Notes: generated by a model not told the origin, from the letters alone. A stretch of DNA of 64,000 nt from Veleropilina oligotropha (GCA_048128005.1 JBEUKZ010000135.1:1-64000); one strand, 5' to 3'. Shown: positions 23,501 through 36,705, numbered from the stretch's first letter. Numbers and translations are program-made.

Positions 23501-24275
23501 TTCAAAAGATGCTGAATTAGTAGGAGCAGCCGCTGTCACTGGCAGACAATGTTTTCAAAACCGTCTGCCAGGCAGCGCGACTATATTTAGTGCAGAATTA
23601 AAAGCAATAGAGCTTGCGCTTAATTTTATCCCGACAAGTACCAACAATCGTTTTATTATCTATTCAGACTCCCTCTCTAGCTTACAAGCACTGAGGGAGA
23701 TGAATAGAAATATCATTGTTCAGGACATTTTATTAAAATACAATAACCTTTTACCTGACAATGATATTATTTTATGCTGGATACCGAGCCATGTCGGTAT
23801 CCAAGGCAATGAAAAGGCTGACCAAGCTGATAAGGCAGCCTCACATTTCAACCATATTCTAAATTGTAAATTACCACACTCGGATTTTAAACAAAGCATA
23901 AAAAGTATATATATTCTACTTAGCAGCACTCTTGGAGTGAATGCACAAGGAATAAACTGCAGAATGTCCAACCCCTACTTGCGATTGGGGCCCCTCTTGC
24001 AGGCCAACTCGGCGAGAGGAGGTGGTCTTGGCTAGACTGAGGATTGTGCATTCTCACTACGCTCACTCCTACTTGCTTAAAGGGGAGCCTCCACCTGAGT
24101 GTATTCCTTGTGCAACTGCCCTAACAATTACACATATATTATTGGATTGTGTCGATTTGGATCTCGCAGGCCAAAAGCACTTTAGGGCAAACTCACTCCA
24201 AGAGTTATTTAAATTCACTAAGCTTGAATGCATATTTGAGTTTTTAAAACAAATATTTTTTACAAATTATAATTT
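20597..24275 (+). pseudogene. LINE ORF2: AP endonuclease, RT, RNase H (frameshifted)
   Basis: GDFNAH, SDHFPI, YRPIALTS, FFDLEKAYD, GVPQGSILS, FVDD, AELKAI, WIPSHVGIQGNEKAD. Confidence 0.92.
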
Positions 24276-24579
24276 TATATTTTATTTCACAAATTTGATA
24301 TCTTGTTTTTATTATTTTACTTGTTTTTTATCAACCTTTTTTATTATTTTATTGCTTTGTTTTTTATCTAACGTTACATTGTTTTTTACCTACATTTGCA
24401 ATGGCTTTATTTTATTTGGAAGTATATTGATTTGTTTTATTTGCATCTATTTTATTTTTATCAGTATGTATCCCAACTTTTAACATTTTATAATAAATTT
24501 TTATCTAGTTAAATTGACCGACCCGATTATGACCATATAGCATCGGCGTGGTCATTAAACAACAATTCAATTCTGCGGT

Positions 24580-27500
24580 GAGTTAAAAAAAAAATAATAA
24601 TAATAAAGATAGCTCGCCAGTCGTGTTTTCTCGCGCTCCCGGCTATTGATCTTAATTTTCTTTATTTCAACCTTGCAACTCGAGTTTTCGGTTGTAAGGT
24701 TGCTATAAAGTACTAAACTTAACAACCGCTAGGTTGATTTTGCAATATATATTGTTAATATTGTGTATTTGAAGGTTGAAATTTTGCAAAAGTGTTGTCA
24801 ACAAACCACTAGCGAGAGTTATCTCCCGTTAGTATTGTTACGAAACAACACTCTTGCGTCGCGAATTTCACCAGCGACACCCTTCAAATACACTTGTATC
24901 TTAATTTTATTATTTATTAGCAGACCGCTAGTTTTATTTTTATTTATTTTGGGTTTTATTAACCAAAAGAGTTGTTTTTGGTGAGTTTTAACTTAACATC
25001 CGGGTGCTACACCCAACGTCCGGGATTGTAGGACCAATTAGCAGTCCATATAAGGCTATTTAGGCTTGCGTCAGCCTGAAATAGACATCTACAGGTTGCA
25101 TGGATAGCCGTGTTCTATTGGCAGCGGCGACAGCTTCATACGAAACAATAGCCGCTGACCACTAACTTATAAATAGCCTTTGTTACTTGGCTTTCGGGCT
25201 ATTTGTTTTATTTTATTAATTAAAGGGGCAGTGGTCTAATTAGTTATGGCATCTTCGGTAGCCAGACCACTTTCGCTTAAATTGGATAAAGGGCGCGATA
25301 AGATGGCGGCAGTAGACGTTTATCGTGCCCTGAGGGAGGTTATCGGGACAGGCCCTGGTTTACTTAAGGGCCTGATCCATATCAGGAAATCGATATGGAA
25401 TGTCTCTGTGGCCATGCCGGCCATCAGAGACAAGCTTATCGATAGTGCGCTTGCTATCGGCGGGGTTAACTGCCCTCTGTACTCCGTTGATAGCAACCGT
25501 GTGCTAATCAACGTCGGAGTTCCTCTGGAAGTATCTGACGTTGATATTAAGGAGGCCTTTCGGTCTTTGGGCGGGTAGAATCAGTGGTACGTGAGTACCA
25601 CGATTTTGCTGCCACGGTCGCCACCAGTGTGCGCAAGGTGTGGATGACGCGAGTCACCCGCACCATTATGAACACCATCAACATCGGTGGTATGTATCTA
25701 CCCGTTTGGTACAGAGGTCAAATTAAGACCTGTAACCTCTGTGCCCAGCAAGCGCACTTTGCTAGGAGATGTCCCTCCAAGAACAAGTGTTTTGATTGCG
25801 GACAGGAGGGACACCTCCAATCAAGAAGCCCTGTAAAGGCCAAGAAAGCCTCCCCACGGCAGGAGCCGGCTACCCCTGGCACGTCGGCCCCTGTTTATGC
25901 TACCCGGCCCAAGACTCAGGCAATGCGCACTGTTACGGCGGTGCCTGTTGCCATCCTCACATTGCCGGCAACAGCGCCTTGCAGGAGGGTAAGTAGGTGC
26001 ATAGACACAGCAAAAGGTGAAAGTGTCCACACCTTTTGCTGTGTCTATGCACCTACTTACCCTCCTAAAGAAGAAGCTAAGCAACAGCAGATATCCAAAA
26101 TTATATATCGGATGTGATTAAATCTGCGGTTGCCGTGACAACTACGTCGTCGTCCGCGACAATTTCGGCACCTGCCTTGACAACACAGAACCGCTTTTCT
26201 GTGTTGTCAGAAACGGTGTCGATAACAGCCGAGTCTGACTCGAAGACTCGGCCTACGCTTTCTTCTGAGCCTACCAGGCAGGCCACACCAACATCAAAGT
26301 CTGTCTGACAGACTCAGATGCCCATAGTGGAGACCACTCCACCCAGTAAAGGGAAGACCGGGGGTTCCAAGTCCCCCCCCCCTAAGACAAGTCCCAGGAT
26401 GGTACCGTACAAAACAACATCCGATGTTACTATCATCCGGGACTCTTTTATCCCAGTTCAGATTGGGTCCATCTTCACCGAAGATCTCGACTTCTGCCAG
26501 TACTCCTACCACCTTTTCGGAAGCCCTGCAGTCAGCGCCGGTGTCCAAACCAATGGAAACAACTGCAGGGCTTTCGAAGGTACTGGCTCAGAAGCGAGCT
26601 GCCGAGTCGGATTCCGACACTGACACTGCGTCATCTGTCGGCGGCACCCAATTGAAATTTGGGATAAATAACCCCGCCTACGAGGGGGCACATGAGGAGA
26701 TTCTCATCCCATGTCAATCGAAAGCGGGATCGTCTATAGGAAGTAGGTCCTCGGTCCAAGCTTCCCAAATCATCCCCTTATGATTCCTTTTACTGGGTGG
26801 ATTTGTCCGAAGAAAATTTTAACCGGAAGGCTAAATTGTTTGGAAAGAAGAAGCTAAGGAATTAAAATGCCACGCATTGCCACCTTTAATTGCGGCGGTT
26901 TGGTCAATGAGACCAAACAACTTTCCTTGGCTTCTGATTTCAATAAGTTCAAGCTAGATGTGTTGTTCTTGCAGGAGACCCACTTTTTGTCAGATTCTGA
27001 TACTACCAACTTGGTCAGACTGACAGGTGGGAAGGTGTTTATAGCCAGCGGTTCTCGGCATGCTCGCAGGGGTGGCCATTTTATTGTCACCCCAGTTTCT
27101 ACAATTTTCAACCATTATTTCATCTTCAGCTGACCCAGATGGGCGCTGGGTGAAAGTTGTAGTGCAGTATTCCGAGGACACTTTCACCTTTTGCTGTGTC
27201 TATGCACCTACTTACCCTCCTGCAAGGCGCACATTTTTTAACTCACTTAAATCCGTTATATCCCCATCCGATGACAACATTATTCTCGGTGGGATTTTTT
27301 AACTGCATATTTGATATTAAGGATCGACGAAGTGATGCTCCCCTCACTGATACGTCCGCCATTCCACTTCAGGCAGTGTGTGGGGAGTATCACCTCCTCG
27401 ATTCCTTCCGCATATTACACCCAGATAAGGAGAGCTACACTTGGACCTCTCCTACTGGTGATGTATCATCTCGGCTTGACCTGATTTACATATCCTCATC

Positions 27501-28973
27501 CTTAGAAGGATATTTAACAAAATCATTAACTATGAGTCTGAATTATTCAGACCATAGCCTATATTCAATATCATTGGACAGTGCCGAGTGGCTCACTCAT
27601 GGCCCCGGTTACTGGAAAATGAACACTTCTCTCCTTCAAGATGTCACTTTTCAAAATACCATGTCGGACTTTTGTCCTTCTTGGGTATCGCTGAAGGACA
27701 CTTTTGATAACATCTTGGACTGGTGGGAAGAGGGCAAGCTTCGCATTGCCCGGCTCGCCAAGTCCATCTCCAAAAGTGTGGCTAGTTTTCGCCGAAACAA
27801 GCGTCTGCAGCTGGAAAAGTCTTTTTCCAAGGTGTCGGCCAAGGTTGAGGCTGGGCGAAAAGACCTACCTACCACTCAAGGTCAAGATCAAAGCCCAACT
27901 AGCCGAACTTCAGTCGATTGATTACGAAGGGGCCAAGGTCCGATCTCGTGTACAGTGGCATTTGGAAGGAGAGAAGCCTTCTAAATATTTCTGCTCTCTT
28001 GAGCGCTATAAGGGGATAGGATAGGGCATTCTTTTAGGTCCCTATCGTCTTCTGATGGTGCAATTCCCACATCTCAGGATGAGATGCTGGGAATTGCCCA
28101 TGACTTTTATTCAAATTTATTCAAGTCAGTGGAAGTTAACATGGATACCATGGACCCTCTGCTTGATAATTTAAAAAAGTTTTTACCTTTACCTTTACGG
28201 GAATCTTGTGACTCCTCTTTATCATTCGAGGAGTTCACAGATTCCATTAAAAGCATGAATGCTGGTAAATCTGCGGGAATCGATGGCATCCCGGCAGAAT
28301 TTTACCAGCATTTTTGGCCTCTTATTGGGCCATCATTTATGGAAGTGGCGGATGCCATTTTTGAACAGGGTGGGATATCTCCCACCATGTTGGCAGCTGT
28401 TGTCCAGCTTCTTTACAGGAAGGGGGACAAGGCCGATTTAAAGAACTGGCGACCTATCTCCCTTCTTTGTGCTGACTATAAAATTATTACCAAAGCCCTT
28501 ACCTTGCGCCTGGGAAAGGTTCTGCACCATGTGGTGCACGAGAATCAAACGTGCGCTGTCCCTGGGCGTTCGATCTTTTCCAATTCCTTACTTGTCCGTG
28601 ACCTCATAGAGATGGCAGACAGTGAGGATATTCCTTGCGGTGTCCTTAGTCTCGATAACGAGAAGGCTTTTGACCGCTTGGAATGGGACTTTCTTTATAA
28701 AGTCCTGGAAAAGATGGGCTTTGGTACTAAATTTATAGGATATATTAGGACCTGTTACAGTGGTATTTCCAGTAGGGTTATTATTAATAATGTCCTTACT
28801 GACCTTGTTTTTCCGGAGCGTGGTGTTAGACAGGGGTGTCCCTTGTCTCCGCTCCTCTATGTTATTGGAGCGGAAATACTCAGTGCTTGCATCCGCAACA
28901 ATCCGTAGTTTTTCAGGGAGTCACTGTGACAGGGGTGTCAGAGGCGCTGATAATATCTCAGTATGCCGATGAC
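24580..28973 (+). mobile_element. Tx1/L1 LINE 5' half (5' UTR, ORF1, EN, RT up to YADD), degraded
   Basis: ORF1 25246 to about 26780 with WYRGQIKTC..C...H and CFDCGQEGH; ORF2 from 26867 (IATFNCGG, LQETH, SRLD, SDH, WRPISLL, LDNEKAFD, GVRQGCPLSP), ending at YADD 28962-28973. Confidence 0.9.
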
Positions 28974-29202
28974 AGGGAGGAGCCTGGACGGTGGATATGG
29001 CTAAGGCCATTAAGAGAAAGGGTTTGTTAGTAGTGCGTTGCCTACATCATGGCTCTGGAAAAACCAGGGTGGCCATACCTACGGCAGCAAAATTGGCTAT
29101 AAGTGAGCACAGACGCCTGGTCATACTAGGTCCAACACAAGTAGTCACCAGGGAGATTCTTGAGGCGTTGGAGGCCAATGACATAGAGCCAAGGGGCTGG
29201 TA
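28974..29202 (+). pseudogene. Endogenous flavivirus-like NS3 helicase fragment (motifs I and Ia)
   Basis: RKGLLVVRCLHHGSGKTRVAIPTAAKLAISEHRRLVILGPTQVVTREILEAL matches the flaviviral pattern LHPG[AS]GKTR..LP.......R....L.PTRVV..EM.EAL in residues and spacing. Confidence 0.75.
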
Positions 29203-29929
29203 TGTTAGAGCCACAAACGTCAATTTTGTAGATACCAAGAAGTCACGCCAATGCGGTGAATACTGGTCTTTATTTCTGTGACCGTTCACGTATCCGGTAC
29301 ACCTTTACACTGTGGTTCAATACATGTTATTGTTCATCGTTACACCGATACATCGCTACCGTACACCGATTGACTGTAATAAACAGAAATAAGGCTCGTT
29401 ATAGATTATACATGCCATACTACTCGTACTAAAGCCTTATAATAACTAGCAGTAACATTATTGGAATATAACGTTCATAATAAATTCGCAAACAAGGACA
29501 ATATATGATAAACACATTTAGTTGATCGTTTATCACTAAGCATACAAATAACACAATACTCTGTATGACCAATATTTCATGTTTACATTCTATATTTAGA
29601 CGTATTACCCAGTATGCATGTTACTAATGCAACAATAACAAAGTATCTCAAAAGTTATATTTACAACAACACCAAAGACACATCTGCATATCCCAATACT
29701 TCTATGAAATATAAATTTCATATTACATACCGTTTGTTGACTTGGATCTCACGATCGGCAAATTAATTCGTAACAACGATGGGATCACTCCCAACGTTTC
29801 TCGGTGCATATTTACATCTTGTCAATTTCATGCAAGAAGCGTCCTCACTTTTAAGGTTCACAAAAGAAGTCTCCCTTATACTGGCGACTCGTAAAGCAAA
29901 AATATCATAACGGCAATTTGGCCCTAACA
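29203..29929 (-). repeat. 3' LTR of a BEL/Pao element
   Basis: Minus strand TGTTAGGGCC...GGCTCTAACA; preceded by PPT-like AGGGGCCGGTA; AATAAA about 65 bp from the end. Confidence 0.8.
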
Positions 29930-30890
29930 TACCGGCCCCTGTAATTATTATGGATACACAATAACAATTACCAAAAGTACATAACATGCCGATGGGCTAA
30001 ATTAATAACATTATCAAAGTTCATAAATAGACATATATATGTTATATCACAAAATTTATATACATTATACGTTTGCAACTGGATTTGCATTTATAATAGT
30101 TGCTGGTCACGTCCAAGGACTGGTTAGCATATTACCGGTTACATTAAATTAGATAGGATTAACACTCGGCCTCGGCAATTAGACAAAGCTTATCTATTGG
30201 ACGAAGGAGAACATTTGTTCGGGTTTTCACCTTGACCATTCTGACAAATCCCTTTTTGTCTGGATAGACTACGAGAACTCTGCCCATCGACCATGAAGAC
30301 CTCGGCGTGTTGTCTACGAGAAGAACAAGATCATCTTTAGCAATGTTCCGATGCGGTTGAGTCCATTTCTGCCTGAGCTGTCCACCTTTTCCAAAAGATA
30401 TCTGCAAGATACTGAACATGCCTCCATCTTCTTCTTACATAGCAATCGTTCTCTTCGAAGATGCCTGGAGGGAGTGTTGTACCAGAATGGAGCAGAATCA
30501 GATCATTTGGAGTCAGGACTCTGAGATCTCGAGGGCAGGATGGCATTTCTGTCAATGGACGAGCATTCAAAATAGCTTATACTTCGCAGAAAAGTGTCGA
30601 TACGCTTTCGTCATCAAGTCGTGTCATATTATTCTTCTGCAAAAGACCATACAAGACCTTCCGTACATATCTTATCATTCGCTCCCAAATGCCTCCAAAA
30701 TGAGAGCCAGTAGGTGGATTGAAGTGCCATTCGATCCCATGCTGCTGTAGGTGTTTTGAAATATGGGCGTTGTTCCAGTTCTCGTTGGCTACCAACTAAA
30801 TTTGTCCCGTTATCAGAGTAAATTCGTTTTACATTTCCTCTTCTCGCCATAATATCCTCCTTATGGCATTTATGCAGGAGCTTGATTTTA
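29203..30890 (-). mobile_element. BEL/Pao LTR retrotransposon 3' fragment (integrase plus LTR)
   Basis: [72 protein letters not shown]. Confidence 0.9.
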
Positions 30891-31521
30891 TTGTAGTATT
30901 TGAAAGATAAATCGCAGAATTGGCCTACGGAAATATGAAAACATAAAACGACACGTTATTAACATATCTATCTAACCTGGCTTCAAAGTTTTGAGGTCAA
31001 GAATATTTTCACTAATTCATGGCGGCCATCTTGGATTTCGTCTATTTGGAGGAGGAGGAATTATGCTTAATGTCCTGTATATTTATAACATCGAGGTTCA
31101 AGGCAGGACATGTCCGTGTTATCACGGGAGGAAACCCCGGTCGCCGGGTAAACCCGCCCTCTTCGGCCAGTCACGGACAACTTCGTCTATTTGGACACAT
31201 TTATTATTATATGTCTGTCAGTCATTTTTTCGTAATTTTTCAAAGAGAAATTGCCCAATCACCTTCCTGATGCTTTAAAACATGCAAAACGACATATTAT
31301 TCATGTATGTATCAATTCTGACCGAAAAGATATGAGATACAGAATATTATTATTATTCGATGGCGGCCATCTTGGATCACATCATATTACTACTACCTAT
31401 TAGGGTCTCCAAAAAAATGCAACCCTATTTTTTCTTAATTCTTATATTATTTTTAAGCAGAATCCAGTGATAAATCACTTTTAACAAACAAAATACACGA
31501 AATTACATAAGGGCCTACACT
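30891..31521. mobile_element. DNA transposon terminal fragment (Academ-like end)
   Basis: Ends GGGCCTACACTA (TAGTGTAGGCCC on the minus strand); repeated GGCGGCCATCTTGGAT subterminal motif. Confidence 0.5.
31051..31181 (-). mobile_element. 5'-truncated copy of the SINE at 57644-57902
   Basis: Reverse complement of its 3' half; 14-bp TSD TTCGTCTATTTGGA at 31037-31050 and 31182-31195. Confidence 0.9.
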
Positions 31522-32039
31522 ATGTGTAAACATTGAATACTGTTTCTATTTTATCTAGTAATTTTAATCTTTTAAGTCACTTGACTCGAATACGATATTG
31601 TTGGCATGGTCGTAAACACTAATTCAATTGAATTCAACTGTCCTGCATTTTGAGATTGCAATCGTGGTATTTTTACCAACATTTATGAACCATTTCCTTC
31701 AAGTTGGATGAGTTTTATGAGAACATTGTGTAATTATTTCATGAGCCTTATAATTTTGAAAAGGGGTAGGTCCAACTGTTACAATTTGTTATGAACTGTC
31801 CACGCTTGTCCACTCCCTCCCCGTGCAGAGGATAATTTGGACAATTAGCTGTGTGAAACTCATTCTCCTGTATTCTGAGAGAGCGAACGTGATGTTTCTT
31901 ACCACAAAAGTTTGCGAATCACTATCAACAATATGAATATCACAAGTTGTGTAATTTTTTCATAACATAACACCAAACACATTTTTCCATGACCCACCCT
32001 TAAAGCAGAAATTTTTTTGGACAATTAATGATGTGAAAC

Positions 32040-33085
32040 CAGTGGCGTAAGTAGCAATTTTGGATTGAAGGAGGGGGGGGGTAAGACAGAAAAAGGGCAC
32101 TTTGCAAAACTAATTTTAAATAAAGGTAATTTTGAGCCCAACATTGGTGCGTATGTATGTGTGTGATTACTATGGGGTTTAGGATATTTTTTCAAATAGA
32201 AATATGAAGGAGTCAAATTATGCTATCAATGGTCCACATGGGGGTGGGCCCCACGCAGACAAAAAATTTGACACAACCTTGTGAAACCCCCTATCCTAGC
32301 TGTATTCTGAGATCGCTAATGTGCTATTTCTTACTAACATCTTTGAACCATTTTCATCACTATAAAAGTTTTCAGTTTGAAAGATAGGTCAAAGACGTTT
32401 TTGAAATATAATATGCAGCGGTATATATGATCAGGGACTTCAACATTGAGGGGGACACATTATGGTCAACAGGACTTTGAAGGGCCTTTGACAAATAACC
32501 GTACAAAACACCCTCTCCTGTATTCTGAAGATGTAAATGTGATATTTCTTAACAACATTTACGAATCATTTCACCACTTCATAAAAGGTGTAGGCATGTA
32601 ATAGCCTCATGCCCAGTCTGCTGTATAATAATTATACTCCCAAGACTGGTGACTGCTGGTAGATGCAGATATCTTAAGGATATTGTACGTGTGATAAAAG
32701 CTATGAATTCAGATATATACTTTCTGTCTATGGGCCTCAGTAAAATATTGGGGGTTGAAATACCCCCCTTATTGTATAAAAATCGCACACAATTGCATAA
32801 TGTGGGCATGGTTGACCCTAACCCTAACCCTTTGATCTAAAATATACGGTAAAATCAATTGTGGAGATGGTGCACACATAGAAACTATGAAGTCGGATAT
32901 ATACTTTTGAGATTGGCTAGGGGCACCAATAAAAAATTGGGGGGGGGGGGTAATACCCGTTATTTTATAACAAACTTTGAGCCCGCGTATATAATTTGAG
33001 TGCAAATCTAAGGGCACTTGCAATTTAAGAGCAGTTCCAAAAATCTTTGGGGGGTATTTACCCCCCCCCGGTTCCTACGCCAATG
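32040..33085. mobile_element. Possible non-autonomous TIR element
   Basis: CAGTGGCGTA...TACGCCAATG ends; GAAAC on both flanks. Confidence 0.35.
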
Positions 33086-33759
33086 GAAACCCCTCTCATG
33101 CATTCTGAGAGTGCAAACCAAACATGTAATTTTGACCTTTATGAATAATTTTCACCAAAGGATTACACCACACTTTTATCATGACCCAGCCCTAAAACCA
33201 CTGTCATTTTCAAAAGGGGTACTACAGTCAAACTTTCACAAATCAATGGTTCGCGTGGGCCGCATAAAAAAAATTGACAATTAAAGGTGTGAAACACCCT
33301 CTCCTGCATTCTGTGTATTACATAATGTTGTGTAATTTTTTTCATGACCCCCCATAGTGTTTTTTTCCATGACCCATCCCTAAAGCCTGTCTTTTTTTCA
33401 TGATCCACCCCCCAATACCACCGGCTCACCCCCCCCATAATAAATGACCACTCCTAAAGTGATAAAAGCATCGATCCTTTCCGTTATATATCACCTCGGA
33501 TATCTTTTAAATTTCGGATGTTAATTTCCTGTATCGTCTAATGATTAAGTGTGATTTGGATCAATGCTTAATACCGTTCAGCATTATATGAAGACACTTC
33601 CATAATATTTTTTATCGTGGGAGAAAACTGACCAGTTTCGGTTACTAAATTATGGACAACTGTGACTGAACAACTGAACAAACCTAGGATTCCAACCGAA
33701 ATGCGAAATGGCAAAAACAATAATAATGCACTTAAAATATATTTTTTTAAGTTAAATCG

Positions 33760-35200
33760 ATTATGGCAAGGAACGTTACCACATTGATACGCTGGCCTGT
33801 ACGTTTGCATTCATTACAGGTTCGTAAATGTGGATGCAAGGAGCATGCTATCTGCTCGCGCAGAATTATTTTTACGATTAATAAAGTTGCACATCGTTGC
33901 TTTAAAAAAGTCATTATCGCGTTTCTGGTGGAACAGAATCTAATGTCGCAGCGAGCGGTATATCTTTGCACCGCCTGTGCCGATACTTCTGTGCAACCAC
34001 CACCACCACCATCTGAGCCACAATCGTCATCATCATTATACATCGACATCAAAGCCACCATAGCGGCGATCAAAGCAAATCATCTGAACAGCAACTTGTT
34101 GAATTAGCGACAGCATTCAGCACATCTCCAAGTAAATTAATCTACAACTCTACAGAAAACCAACAATCGCAACAATGGATATCATCACAAAATAAAATAT
34201 TAACAGCATTTCTAATAGCAGCTACGTCCTGTGAAAACATCGCTTTGCAGAGAAAATTAAATGTCATAGAACAAATTTATTTAGCAATAAATTTAAACTT
34301 CATCGGTCCATTGTCATTTTCAAAACCTTTTATCATATCATATTACAGGCAGCAAGACTTCATGCACGTTATCGTCTGCAATATCACATCCGTACGTAAC
34401 TGGTTCTCATGCAACGTATCATCTTCGATTATGCCTCCACCATCATAACCTTTTTCGACAACCAAATAATATCACAGAACTGGAGTCCACGTCAGTGCAA
34501 AAGCTAATGTCAGCATCATCACCACGCTCATGCACATCATTCACGAGCACAGCACCATTCAAATAAATCCGGACTTATCGCCAGTACAATGGTTTGACAA
34601 TGGTGCCACTGCTTGGCGAGAAAGCATCGAAAAGATAGCCAAGCAAGATCGGTGCCTGGACACGGTATTCTGTGACCACCAAAAGCAATTCTTGGAGGAA
34701 CAACTGCAGCTCGTGTTCGCTGAACAGCAGATGATGGACATAACTATATCTGATGCAGTGGACCATAAGTCAAACCATACAGGCATATCAGACACATCAA
34801 AAGATCCCTGCTCCATCGTCGACCATAACCATTGCCCAGATCCAGTTACCGTACCGATAGGAAATCCAATTCCCATCAATCCGAACTCATACGCATCTGT
34901 GCGGAAAGTCCTGCAGGCCATATCGGAAGAAACAGGAGTAAGATCCACCAGATCTTGGACTGTGATGGTCAGCCCTAGAATCTCGCCAGCTGCCTGCAGG
35001 ACTGTTCTTTCACATGCCCTCATTGTAAATCATCGCACTCGTCTTCATCTATCATGAAAAAAACATTTATCCCAAAAGCATAATGACTCAAACATCAGTA
35101 ACATCATGGCGTACATTTGGATCACTCGTCCTTCTTCCAGGACCGGGGCATATGGAGATGAACATCGTCAGGGGTCTGTTTAAAATCCTGTGGACTCGCG
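33760..35200 (+). pseudogene. Degraded DNA-transposase-like coding remnant (Academ-related, tentative)
   Basis: PINPNSYASVRKVL..RSWTVM and LLPGPGHMEMNIVRGLFKILW in broken frames. Confidence 0.4.
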
Positions 35201-35207
35201 TTATCCA

Positions 35208-36705
35208 GAATTGAATTGAATTGATGTTTAACGACCACGCCGACACTATTTGGTCATAATCGGGTCGGTCAAGTTGACTATATAATAATTTAATATAAAA
35301 TGTTAAAAGTTGGGATAGTAAATACCGATAAATAAAAGATGTAAATAAAACAAACCAATATATTTCCAAATAAATAAGGCAGTAAAATAAAAAAAATTAA
35401 AAGATCAAATGTTTGATAAAAACTAGTATAATAATAAAATAGTATAATAATTAAAAACAAAATATAGAATTTAGTCATAAAGGAAATAAAAGTATAAATA
35501 CAAATTATAATTTACAGAAAATATTTACCTGTTTTAAAAATTCAAATACGGCTTCAAGCTTATTAAGATTAAATAGCTCTTGGAGTGAATTGGCACTAAA
35601 ATACCGTTGGCGTGCAAGATCCAAATCGACACAATCCAATAATATATGTTTAATTGTTAGGGCAGTTGCACAAGGAATACACTCGGGTGGAGGCTCCCCT
35701 TTAAGCAAGTAGGAGTGAGTGTAGTGATAATGCCCAATCCTCGTCTGGCCAAGACAACCTCCTCTCGCCGAGTTGGCCCGCAAGAGGGGCCCCAATCGCA
35801 AGTAGAGGTTGAACATTCTGCAGTTTATTCCTTGTGCATTCACTCCAAGAGTGCTGCCAAGTAGAATTTATATATTTGTTTATGCTTTGTTTAAAATCTG
35901 AGTGTGGTAATTTACAATTTAGTGTATTGTTAAAATGTGAGACCGCCTTGGCAGCTTGGTCAGCCTTCTCATTGCCTTGGATACCGATATGGCTCGGTAT
36001 CCAGCATAAAATAATGTCATTATCAGGTAAAAGGTTGTTATAGTTTAATAAAATTTCCTGAATAATAACATTTCCATTCATCTCCCTCAGTGCTTGTAAG
36101 CTAGAGAGGGAGTCTGAATAGATAATAAAACGCCGTTTAGTATTTGTAGAGATAAAATTAAGAGCAAGATCGATTGCTTTTAGTTCTGCAGTATATTTCT
36201 TTTTTTATTTAAACATATTTTATTGTTCTATAAAAACAATTTCTGGATTGGACAAAAGTTATTGCAACTTACAAGGGTCCTTTCCATACGGTGATATATA
36301 ATCATTTTGACAACATGACAACTGTTATACATAATAGACGTAACTATCAAATTCATGGTCCTGATTGGGCGAGTGCTGGTGTGAGGAAGCTGGCTAAGCT
36401 CAGACTTCATTCTTTAACAAAATATACATGGCTAATTATGGAAAAATAACAAATAAATGTACCTAATGTAGAAAGTATAAATTAACAATGTACATATGCT
36501 AACAAAACAACTATGATTAGTATTGAATTTATGCATTGTATTTATGTCCTGTAATTTACAACATTCGTTTTCAAGGCAGGACATGTCCATATTATCATGC
36601 AGTATATATAGTCGCGCTGCCTGGCAGACGGTTTTGAAAACATTGTCTGCCAGTGACAGCGGCTGCTCCTACTAATTCTGCATCTTTTGAATCATCTGTG
36701 TATAT
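35208..36705 (-). mobile_element. I-clade LINE 3' fragment (RNase H, 3' UTR), same family as 18490-24572
   Basis: YTDDSKDAELVGAAAV, WIPSHIGIQGNEKADQAAK, EPPPECIPC; (CAATT)n tail; interrupted at 36197-36597. Confidence 0.9.
36197..36597 (-). mobile_element. Short retro-insertion with 10-bp TSD
   Basis: TGCAGTATAT at 36187-36196 and 36598-36607; contains GGACATGTCCTGCCTTGAA, shared with the SINE tail. Confidence 0.65.

Larger units (their letters stand above)
18490..24572 (+). mobile_element. I-clade (I/Nimb-like) LINE, near full length, degraded
   Basis: Structured 5' UTR, gag-like ORF1, ORF2 with APE, RT and RNase H, (CAATT)n-like tail at about 24563-24572; the 5' end is approximate. Confidence 0.9.
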
